From: Octopus sinensis
Taxonomy: Eukaryota
NCBI RefSeq assembly: GCF_006345805.1
Contig: NC_042998.1
Coordinates: 93,682,001-93,746,000 of the forward strand
Direction: 5' to 3'
DNA length: 64,000 nucleotides
Each line of letters opens with the position of its first letter. Within the stretch, counting starts at the first letter, position 1. The position numbers were made by a program, and so were the translations under genes. The notes under the pieces were generated by a model. It did not search any database, was not told the DNA's origin, and saw only the letters and a program-made list of their open reading frames with translations. This document shows positions 40,678 to 50,649 of this stretch, piece by piece.

Positions 40678-41128
40678 TATATATATATAATTTTTAAAAT
40701 GTGTAGTAAACTAACATACAAACATCTACCAAATACACAGAAGAACGGAAAAACAGGTCACCAACTACTCTTCAGTTATCGGTCAGAAGGTCGAGCGCAA
40801 TTCCGGCCATTATCGATAACGTTGCTACCATTCTGGCGGCGCCGGCAAAAAACTTAACGCGAATGGGACCCAAACATAACAAAACGAGACGGGCTCGAAA
40901 CAAGACCGTTAGTAGACGGACGATGGACAAAACAACAAACAGAATAAAGCCATACGAAGACAATTAAAATAATACATATACCACAAAAATCCTTAGGGCT
41001 GCAAGACAAGACAAAATTTGGTAACGCGAAGGAGAAATGAAAATCTGTCCTAAAGGATTATAGACAGGGGTAGGGGAGTAGAGCTCGGAGCTCGGAAAAA
41101 CGTGACCAGTTCGGTCATCAGTCCAAAT

Positions 41129-41329
41129 TGCTTCAGGCATATTCGAACCCTAAGAAAGTCATTCACTGTATTTTGTCATGGAGAAAATTTCTCAGTGTAA
41201 TCAGATAGGTTTAAACACACAGAGTCAATTCGCAGGGCTCCCTAACCAGACTAGTTAGTTAGCGAGAAATTTTCTCCATGACAAAATAGAGTGGATAGCT
41301 TTTATACGGGTTCGAATAAGCATCAAGCA
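41129..41329. repeat. ~200-bp MITE-like inverted repeat
   Basis: tattcgaaccc...tattttgtcatggagaaaatttctc pairs with gagaaattttctccatgacaaaata...gggttcgaata. Confidence 0.75.
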
Positions 41330-41390
41330 TATTTGAACTGGTAACAAGTTGTATTTATGCACATCACTGCTTAACGCTTTTCTCTCTCAT

Positions 41391-41446
<56 letters not shown>

Positions 41447-41471
41447 TATATATATATAGAGAGAGAGAGAA

Positions 41472-41522
<51 letters not shown>

Positions 41523-41721
41523 GCATTTTATGGTTTAGGTTATTTCGGGGCGTCTTGGTATAATCGATAACGCTGTTGTCTGGAATATAGGAGTATGGTT
41601 CGATTTGTGAATAATTTTAAGTTTATATTATAAAAAATTATCTGTTTATATTACCTCATGTATACATACGTAGATACATATATACATATATGTATGTATC
41701 TACGTTTGTGTGTATCTGTAA

Positions 41722-41769
<48 letters not shown>

Positions 41770-42127
41770 GTGTGTGTGTGTGCGTGCATGAGTTTAGCCC
41801 TACACCAGCCTAGATCCAGCAGTCATACGTTCAAAGGCAATCTAATCATGACCAACCCTTGTTGTTTGAAGTCATTGTCATTTGTTGAACTTCATCAACT
41901 AATGTCTTTTTTTTTAAATGGTTGGGTATAATTGAGCAATCGCAGAGAGATTCCAATATTGGCTCTTTTATATGTGTTTATATGTAATCTGTTCTTCGTT
42001 TAATAATTCTATAAAAATGTTTAATTATTTGTTGCGGATCTGTGCGTACTGACTTCAAATCTCACCTCTTACCTTTGTCATCATAAAAAAAAAGTGACAC
42101 TCTTATCAGGAATTGCGAACAAATAAT

Positions 42128-42524
42128 CGTTTCTTCTAAAGGCACAAGGCCTGAAATTTGGAGGGCAGGACTAGTCGATTATATCGGCTCCAGTACGTAA
42201 CTGGCACTATTTCATCGACCCCGAAAGAACGAAAGGCGAAGTCGACCTCGGCAGAATTTGAACTCAGAACGTAAAGACGGACGAAATACCTATTTCTTTA
42301 TTACCCACAAGGAGCTAAACACAGAGAGGACAAACAAGGACAGACAAACGGATTAAGTCGATTATATCGGCTCCAGTGCGTAACTGGTACTTAATTTATC
42401 GACCCCGAAAGGATGTAAGACAAAGTCGTCCTCGGCGGAATTTGAACTCAGAACGTAACGGCAGACGAAATACCACTAAGCATTTTGCCCGGCGTGCTAA
42501 CAATTCTGTCACTTCACCGCCTTA
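42128..42524 (-). mobile_element. Dimeric SINE family A
   Basis: Head-core-tailA joined to core-tailB, with the same junction as at 34 kb. Confidence 0.85.
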
Positions 42525-42854
42525 GTTGCGAACAAATAATGTCAGTAGATTGAAAAAGAAAGCAGTGTAAACATGTCTATGTTTGATCAGAAGGTTGGAT
42601 GCGATGCAAAGCGATTAGTCAAGCTTAACTTACAATGCGACCGGCAACAGATTAAACTGAGATCACTGACGAGCATGTGAATTAATTGAAGCATAAACTG
42701 AGACAGTTATATGTGTTCACATTCCTAACTGGTTATCAGTTTCGTAATTAAATATGCTATTACATTTAAAGCTTACACATCCTGTTAGCACATATAAATA
42801 CTTCATAGAATAACCATAAATTTAACAGATCGCCAAGCAACACTTCTTTGTAAT

Positions 42855-43040
42855 TTTCCTAATGGACTACCGCAAAGATCCTTCCTCTCACCTATTCTTC
42901 TTAATCTATACATACGCAATCTTTACACATATCCCCACAACTTCATACACAAAAGTGATACCGCACTCACTTTTTCCTACTATTTTCCCATATTCACAAC
43001 AGCATATCAACTCCAATCCTAAATCAGTGGCTCCGTAACA
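42855..43040 (+). mobile_element. Decayed LINE RT fragment
   Basis: NGLPQRSFLSPILLNLYI resembles the GxPQGSxLSP motif. Confidence 0.5.
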
Positions 43041-43093
43041 GCGAGCAGATTCATTTTCTTCCTACTGCTCAGAAGCATCAGGGTACCTTAGCT

Positions 43094-43491
43094 CAGTGGC
43101 GTAACTTATAGGGAAACAAAAAGGAGCAAGAGGAGCGACCGTTCCCTGCGTGCACATTTTTTTAAAACAGCGTCTTTTATAAAATATATAAGCAAACACA
43201 TAAAAAGAATATTTATACGTAAACTTGATCGGTTCGCGTTTTAGCCAATGCCGATAGTGTGTTTAATTTGTTCACTGAACACCGCCGCGAATTCCCCCTT
43301 GCTTTTGAAAAACAAACCCTAGATCACAAAATAAGGCGGGGGAAAATTTGCCCTATTTTTCAAATCCTGGCAGCAACACTGAAGTTGGAAGCAAGATAAT
43401 AATCTAATAATTTCAAATACGTGCCCACCCAGAATATTCTGAAGCACCCCCAGGTGCCAAAATCTGGCAGCGGGTCTGCAGCTACACTACT
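43094..43491. mobile_element. Possible hAT-type MITE
   Basis: cagtggcgtaact ... agctacactact, a degenerate TIR pair. Confidence 0.35.
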
Positions 43492-43892
43492 TTTAAAAGA
43501 ATATTGAAAGTGAAAGACAGTGACGATGGGCAGTTTGTTATAACTTAGTGTTTCAACCATCGTGATCCTTTCCACTGCTTGAAAAAATCACCTAATATCT
43601 AAACGGTTACAACATAAAAACACAATTACAGCTGTTATATTAAATTACTCTCTTTCCCATTGAGCTCCGAGAAATAAAAATATAACAAGTTTAATCCATA
43701 AAAGACTTGCAGCATTTGTAGCTTCATAACGACCCAAACCTTGTCCAGGGATACAAACCACCAATAATAAATGTATCGGAATAGCAGCTATTAATTTCTT
43801 TTGCTAGTTTACGGAGACGTAGTGACATTAAACACAAAGACGTGCATACACCCTTCCATACATATGTGTGTGTTGTGTGTGTGTGTGTTGTG

Positions 43893-43923
<31 letters not shown>

Positions 43924-44185
43924 TGTGTGTTATTTTATGTTAAGCTCAGGAGCGGTGCCCGCGAGGAAGGTTTACTAAATAGATACATTTCCTATTGCAA
44001 AGCCGAAACATATGTATTAAATGATTTCGAAATCAAAACTTCATTTTATTGCTACTAAATTCACTAACAAGACCTGCAGCAGGAATGAACTCGAAACCAC
44101 GTGGTTGTGAAGCAAATTGTTTTATCCATGCTTGCGTCTCGTATGGAAAAATATGTGTATGGCTGTGTGGTAAGTAGCTTCTTAC

Positions 44186-46175
44186 TGCGCATGTGCGAGT
44201 CAGTGTTGTGTTTGGCACTGAAGCGGTGAAGATGTGCTTTTGAAGCCGTCTTGAATTGAAAACTTTGGAAGCCCCATGTAAGGTAAGATTCTGTTTTCTG
44301 GGTCCAGTGGGAGTTTTTGTTGAGAATTGTTTTTTACATGCAGGAAGTCCTACTGGATTCAGAATTCTGATTCTGTCGACATGTGGCAAATATATTTTTC
44401 TCGCTGAGAAAATTTTTTGGGGCGTATCCGTCTTCGAATTGTGAGAATTGTATTGTGCTGTGAAGAACTACCAATTTTACACCAATTTTTGTGGAAGTTG
44501 TGCGATCCTGGTTCGATTTAGGCCGGGAGTACCAAATGGCCAAAAGGATTTTGCTGTGTTATTGACTTTCTTTTTAACTTTATTTGACTTTCTTTTAAAC
44601 TTTATTTGACTCTCTCCTTTTTTCATTGTGACTTTCTTCGGATTTCCTTTTCTTCTCGTTTTTTAGTTTTATTCTAAATACATTTATTTAAAAAAAAAAA
44701 ACATGGCAACAAAAGAAACCACCGCTTTGGAATGGGAGGTCATCCCACCCAAGCAGTGGATTGAAAGTCTTGAGAAGAGGACGGTGGTCCTACGAACCTA
44801 TTCTAGGTCGCGTGGAGCCATTGCCCTCTTCGACAGGAATACTATAGAGAAAGAGTTGGGGGACCACCTGCCAACTATAAAATTTATTTCTCGGGGGACT
44901 AAATTTGCAACGGTGTGGTTGCTGTTTGGTACCCCCGAGGAAGCTAGCAGATTTGCTAGCGAGCCACTGGAGGGAGAGGAAATTTTGTTCCTCCCCTCGT
45001 ATTGTGGCAGAAAAGTAAAAAGAGCCTGGGTGTGTGGGCTGCCCCCGGGCACGGAGGCGGAATGGATCGAGAAGACCATCCGGCGAGGCCTGGGGGATAG
45101 CGGACCCAGACTACTGAGTGTGAAAATGGCTCCCGCGGTCGCCTGGGAGGGGTCAAAGGCAACTTTGACCCTGTGGACACCGGTGGCCGTGGGAGAAATG
45201 AAATTCCCGGACTTCCTGAGAATGGCTGGACACAGGTACCCGGTGATACTCGAGGGTCGCCCCCCCCCCAAGTGTCACCTGTGCCTGAAGCCCGGACATA
45301 TCAGGAAGAATTGTCCCGGGGGCCGTGGTGGTGCCCCGGAGCAGAAAGGGGAAAAGGCGCCCGCCGCCCCCTCATTGGAGGGGGAGACGGTGGAAGTCGT
45401 GGAGGAGGTTGCCTCCACGAAAAGAAAGAGACAGGCGAGCAACAATGGTTGCCCGCCAAAGAACGCTCAGGGGGCGGAGGGGGATAGCAATCCCCCGTGT
45501 CTGGTGACGGAGTCCCCTGGGTCAGCAGTCTCCCCCAAAAGAAGGAGGAGAAAAAGGAGAGGTCGGACGACTGACGTTTCTGTGTCGCCGACGGAGCCGC
45601 GGGTGGGATGTGTGCCACCCGCGGACAAGGCTCCGCCAGTAGGAAGTGTGCCACTGACGGAGCAGTGTGAGGTCCCTTCCTGTGAAGAGGAGATGCTTCT
45701 CCTCCTTTACCACAAGGGAGAGGAGGTGGAAAGATTTTTGAATGGCTTGGGTGACCGAGAACGTAAGGGCACGGTCGGCTCAAGGAGTCCGTTATGGCCT
45801 CCGCGGGTAGCTGCGGAAAAAGTAACGGAAGATACTTTGTCAAGGGTCGCAGAGACCTTTGAAAGGAAAGATTTTACTTTTCTCTTTGCAGGCCCCGACT
45901 TGTCGTCGCAGAGTTGTCTGCAGGCGGCAAGACAATTTGCTTCGGGGAGCTGACGAGGAGAATTGTTGAACATTTTTTATGTAATTTGAATCATTGTGAA
46001 CATTTTATTAAATGTATTTATTGAAACATTGTTTTAGAGAAGCGAAAGTCGGCGGGCGCTTTCGACTTCTCCCATCACCATCTTCATCCACCACCACCAT
46101 CATCCATTAATGTCCTTGTCCAGCCCGTAGCTACTACTCTGTGTGCTGCCCTAGTGGCAAATTATATAAAATAAA
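44186..46175 (+). mobile_element. ORF1-only Tx1/L1-like retroelement, unit 1
   Basis: ~520-bp 5' UTR, a single ORF and a ~220-bp 3' UTR ending in AATAAA. Flanked by aagtagcttcttac and aagtagcttccatac. Confidence 0.8.
44703..45953 (+). CDS. Intact 416-aa gag/ORF1-like protein (RRM-like N-terminal half plus CCHC zinc knuckle)
   Basis: Good Kozak context (aaacATGg). CHLCLKPGHIRKNC knuckle preceded by YPVILEGRPP, an arrangement typical of Tx1/ZCCHC3-like ORF1. Basic KRRRRKRR patch. Confidence 0.82.
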   Translation: MATKETTALEWEVIPPKQWIESLEKRTVVLRTYSRSRGAIALFDRNTIEKELGDHLPTIKFISRGTKFATVWLLFGTPEEASRFASEPLEGEEILFLPSYCGRKVKRAWVCGLPPGTEAEWIEKTIRRGLGDSGPRLLSVKMAPAVAWEGSKATLTLWTPVAVGEMKFPDFLRMAGHRYPVILEGRPPPKCHLCLKPGHIRKNCPGGRGGAPEQKGEKAPAAPSLEGETVEVVEEVASTKRKRQASNNGCPPKNAQGAEGDSNPPCLVTESPGSAVSPKRRRRKRRGRTTDVSVSPTEPRVGCVPPADKAPPVGSVPLTEQCEVPSCEEEMLLLLYHKGEEVERFLNGLGDRERKGTVGSRSPLWPPRVAAEKVTEDTLSRVAETFERKDFTFLFAGPDLSSQSCLQAARQFASGS

Positions 46176-46807
46176 GTAGCTTCCATACGCACATGCGCAG
46201 TTAGTCGACTTCTTCCAGCTTTACCAGAGTGGACATGAGCTTGTTAGCTCCATCTAATTACAAGAAAAAAGAACAAAAACAGAGGAGTTCGTCGCGGTAG
46301 GTAGTTTTGTTTTATCTGAGCTGGGCGTAATTTCTTATATTGTAATTTTTTGTTAATAAATTTTGCCCAGCTTTGGGACAATTTCGCCTGCTCTCGACGA
46401 CTGCTGTTTTTGTATATTGTGGATTTATTGTGGAAAAAAAAAGGGGGACGTATCCTCGCTCGAATGATTAGAACCTATACAGTTGCTGATGAAGTTACCG
46501 TTGGCTGTAGCCAGTATTGTGTTTGGATTTATTGGATTTATTTTACCAATTACCAGAAAAAAAGTTTCATACCAAGGACCCTATCCACATTTGGCCGGGA
46601 GTACTAGTTGGCCAGGAAATAGGATTTTTGCTGAATGAATTGTTTTTCTTTTTTCCGTCTCGTTTTCCTGATTCTTTCTTTCTTTTTGAACTGTTTATTT
46701 ACTTTTTGGACTTTGTTTTAATTTTTGACTGTTTCTGTTAACTTTTTGTGTACCTTTTTTTGGACTTTTTTCTTTGAACTTAGAACTTTCAAGATTTCTT
46801 TTTGCAC

Positions 46808-48067
46808 ATGGCAAAAATAAACGGTGCCGCTGTTTTGGAGTGGGAAGTTGTCCCTCCCAAACAGTGTATTAAAGATCTTGAGAAGAGGACGGTGGTGCTA
46901 CGGACCTATTCTAAGTCGCATGGTGCCATCGCCCTATTCGACAAGATTGTGATAGAGAAAGAGTTGGCAGACTAGCTGCCAACTATAAAATTTATTTCAT
47001 GGGGGACCAAATTTGCAACGGTCTGGTTGCTGTTTGGTACCCTCGAGGAAGCTGGCAGATTTGCCAGCGAGCCTCTTGAGGGGCAAGAAATTTTGTTCCT
47101 CCCCACTTATTGTGGGAGGAGGGTGATAAAAGCCTGGGTATGTGGGCTACCCTCGAGCACAGAAGCAGGATGGATTGGTGATACCATCCGGCAGGGCCTG
47201 GGGGAGAAGGAGACCAGGCTTTTAAATGTGAGAATGATGCCAGCGGTCGACTGGGAGGGGTCAAAAGCAATTTTGACCGTATGGACCCCATCGGCCGCAG
47301 GCGAAATGGTACTCCCGGACTTCCTAAAAATGGCTGGCTGAAGGTATCCGGTGATACTTGACGGTCTCTCCCCACAAGTGTCACTCGTGCCTGGAGCCAG
47401 GTCACATTAGGAAGAACTGCCCCCGGGGCCGTAACATCGCCCAGGCACAGGAAAGTAAGGTGCCCACCCCACCCCCTGTGGCAGAGGAGACGGCGGAAGT
47501 CATGAAGGAAGTTGCCTCCACGAAGAGAAAAAGAAAGGTGAGCAACAATGGTTGCTCACCAAAAAATGGGCAGCGGCACAGGAGGCGGGGGAATAGCGCC
47601 CCCCGTGCCTGCCGACGTATGTCCCTGCTCCCGTAGCCTCCAAAAGAAAGAGGAAAAAGAGGAGCAGAGGACAATCGGCGGATGTCCCTGTGTCGCCGAC
47701 TGAACTACCGGTGGTATGTGTGCCACCAGCAGAAAAGGCTCCGTCAGTGGGAAATGTGCCACTGACGGAGCAGTTTGAGGCTCCTTCCCGTCAGGAGGAT
47801 GAGGAGGAATTTGTCCTCCTTTATCACGAGGGAGGGCGTGTGGGAGAAGTTTTGGACGGCCTGGGCGACCGAGACCGTAGGTACTTGGATTGCATAGGCA
47901 GTCCAATATGACCTCCGCAGGTGTCTGCGGTGGTAATAGAACATAAAATTCTATCAAGGGTCATAGCGACCTTTGACAAGAAAGAGTTTGCTTTCCTCTT
48001 CACGGGACCCGACTTGTCGGCGCAGAGTTGTCTGCAGGTGGCAAGTCAACTTGCTTGGGGGTTCTGA
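46808..48067 (+). pseudogene. Pseudogenised paralogue of the 416-aa ORF1
   Basis: Colinear with 44703-45953. Stops at 46973 and 47339, plus frameshifts. CHSCLEPGHIRKNC is retained. Confidence 0.88.
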
Positions 48068-48182
48068 TGAGGAGGATTGACCTTATTTGTATTGATATTT
48101 CTGAATTTTTGCATTAAAAAAATTGTATTCGAGGGCTTGTTGGTCGGTGGGCGCCGACATCCCTCTCATCTTTATCATTATA

Positions 48183-48577
48183 CTAGCAGTATCGCCCGGC
48201 GTTGTTCGGGTTTGTTTCGACACTTTAGAATTGAAATTGTTTAAAAGTAAAAATTTTGCATTATGTAGCTTGTTATCTCCTTTAAGTGAACATTTTTCTG
48301 GTTGAAATACACCTAAAAATGGCGACACAGCAGTCAAAAAATAGTAAAAGATAGGAGTTTTCATAGAAAAAAAAGCACCTTTTTGATGTTAATAATTTTT
48401 GGTGTTAACATGGTCCGATTTGAATTTTTTCTTCTACGGAAGGCAGAGCAAACCTTCTTCTATCATATTCTCAATTTTGGTCAACTTGCGCCGCAGGGCC
48501 TCTGAGGAGATAGTGTTACTTGAAGGCTACCAAACCTCCCATACACAGACAACTTCAGCTTTATATATATAGTGAGA
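48183..48577 (-). mobile_element. Non-autonomous Helitron
   Basis: Minus strand reads A|TCtcactatatatataaag ... ccgaacaacgccgggcgatactgCTAG|T. Confidence 0.85.
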
Positions 48578-48694
48578 TTTTCATTTCATCTCATTTTGTC
48601 TACATCCAGCCCACAAGCTTCTTACTCTGTGTAATGCCCTTGTGGCAAATTATATGAAATAAAGTAACTTGCTTACCAAGTAGCTTGCTACCTC

Positions 48695-48945
48695 ATTGCG
48701 CATGTGCGAATTAGAGTTGTGTTTGACACCGAAGATGTAAGACATGCTTTTGAAGCCGTCTTAAATTGAAAACATTTGAAACTCAGCTGTAAGGTAAGAC
48801 TTTTTTCTGTCTAGTGGGGACCTGTTCTCTGTCGCAATTATTTTTACAAACAAGAAGTCCTCATCGGATTCTAGTCTGCCTGAGGCTGAGGGAAAAAAAT
48901 TTTCTCACTTGATTGTGAAAATTGTTGAAAAGAAACACAATTTCA
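48695..48945 (+). mobile_element. ORF1-only-family element, unit 3 (5' UTR only)
   Basis: tgcgcatgtgcga...tgcttttgaagccgtctt...tgtaaggtaaga matches 44186-44300. Confidence 0.75.
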
Positions 48946-49307
48946 TTGTCGTCCGTGGGCTGGCTCGTAAATTCACGAGCCACTTCTGGGGAGTCAAACA
49001 GCAACCACACGGTTGCGTATTTGACCCCCGAGTGATAAACTTAATCGCTGGCTTAAGTTAAGGAAAAAGAAGGAAGAGGAAAAAAAGGAAGGAGAGAAAA
49101 AAATTAACAGTTCAGTAAAGAGTATTTTTTAAATAAAAGAAAGATGAAGAGAGAGCAACAGTTCAAAACACAGCAAAGGCCACTCGGTACTCCAGGCCAA
49201 AATTTTAACGCAATTGTAAAACAGTTAAAAAAGCATTCCAATTTTCTTCTCATAGGTACTCCTTGACAGAAACAATATTGTTGAAACACTATTTTCAAAC
49301 AAAATTT

Positions 49308-49598
49308 TGCGGGCCGACCAAAGCTTTGTGTGTGGATTTGCTAGACGGAAACTGAAAAAAGCCCGTCGTATATATGTATGTGTGTGTATATGTTTGTGTG
49401 TCTGTGTTTGTCACCCCAACATCGCTTGGCAACCGATGGTGGTGTGTTTACGTCCCCATAACTTAGCAGTTCGGCAAAACAGACCGATAGAATAAGTACT
49501 ACGCTCCCAAAGAATAAATTCTGAGGTCGATTTGCTCGACTAAAGGCGGTGCTTCACCATGGCTGCAGTCAAATGTCTGAAACAAGTAAATGGGTAAA
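49308..49598 (+). mobile_element. SINE family B body (probable 3' part of the SINE whose head is at 44161-44185)
   Basis: gggccgaccaaagctttgtg...cagtcaaatgtctgaaacaagtaaa. Confidence 0.8.
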
Positions 49599-49605
49599 GT
49601 ATATA

Positions 49606-50625
49606 TCTGTATATATAAAAGGCAGGATGTGTTTGTGTGTGTATGTGTGTGTGTGGTGTGTGTGTGTGTGTGTGTGGTGTGTGTGTGTGTACGTGAATGT
49701 AATTTATGCACATCTACAAATTAGCACGCATGTCGCTCAAATTTTAGGAGGATATTCGTCACGATCCTAGCTGTATTTTCGTCAAATCATTTTCCCCCGA
49801 GACACCAGCGAATAGCGGTAAAAAAATTTTGAACCATAACTTCTAACAATTTTCAAGTCGGGGAAATACACCATCTTTTGCAAATATGAGTTAAGTCCCC
49901 TTCTAGCGACGGTGTTTTTGAAAGGAGAGATTTAATTGTCACATCTCTGCGGGTGAAGGTAGGCCTTTTTATTCCTCTTACAAAACTTACGCCGGGGTGC
50001 CAAATTTGCCTCAGTTGATGGTATTACTCGGGCAGGAGGTGGTGGTGGGACAGAGGCAGGGGTAGGGGCAAGGGCGTACAAAAAACATGTATGCAATAAA
50101 TGTATGTACGTATATGTTTGTGTGCAACCCTCCTTTTCCCATGGGTTGGGAACCCTTCCAGCAAAGAAAATAGAATGCTGGAATGATGGGGGTGGTGTTT
50201 TCAAAAGGACTGGCATATGGAACCTGATCACCTCTGCCGATCAAACTCCCAAACCATGAAACTCCTGTCGCGACACTGATCCTGCAGAACTGGGTTGGGT
50301 ATGAAAACCAAATTTAAAGTATAAATATAGATGTTTTTGAATCAGCAATGTTGTTTTCGGTTAAGTTCTATTTGGAGTGAAAAATCAATAAACTGATTCC
50401 TTGTGGGTTTTCCATTTAATCCTGATAAAAAAAATCGATAAACGGATTCCTTATTGGACTTCCCATTCAAATTGTCTGCAACTCATTTCCAGCCAAAAGT
50501 TTACCAATTTCAACGGATTTCGTTCAAATTTGACGTCGATGTTACTTAGTTTGGTTTGAAATAAAGAGCTTGATTAGCTTAATAATCATAACTTAATCCC
50601 GAGCAAAGCCGGGCTATACTGCTAG
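49606..50625 (+). mobile_element. Non-autonomous Helitron
   Basis: A|TCtgtatatataaaaggcag ... cccgagcaaagccgggctatactgCTAG|T. Confidence 0.85.
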
Positions 50626-50649
50626 TATATATATATATATATATATAAT

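Larger units (their letters stand above)
46186..48663 (+). mobile_element. ORF1-only element, unit 2 (decayed, Helitron in 3' UTR)
   Basis: Homologous ORF and the same 3' end (tgcccttgtggcaaattatatgaaataaa). The 5' UTR is different. Confidence 0.8.

Noticed and set aside
44172-48692. CRISPR-like or LTR interpretation of the recurring aagtagctt repeats
   Set aside because: The repeats are ~14 bp, kilobases apart, match the host SINE sequence and behave like TSDs. The DNA is eukaryotic and there are no cas genes.
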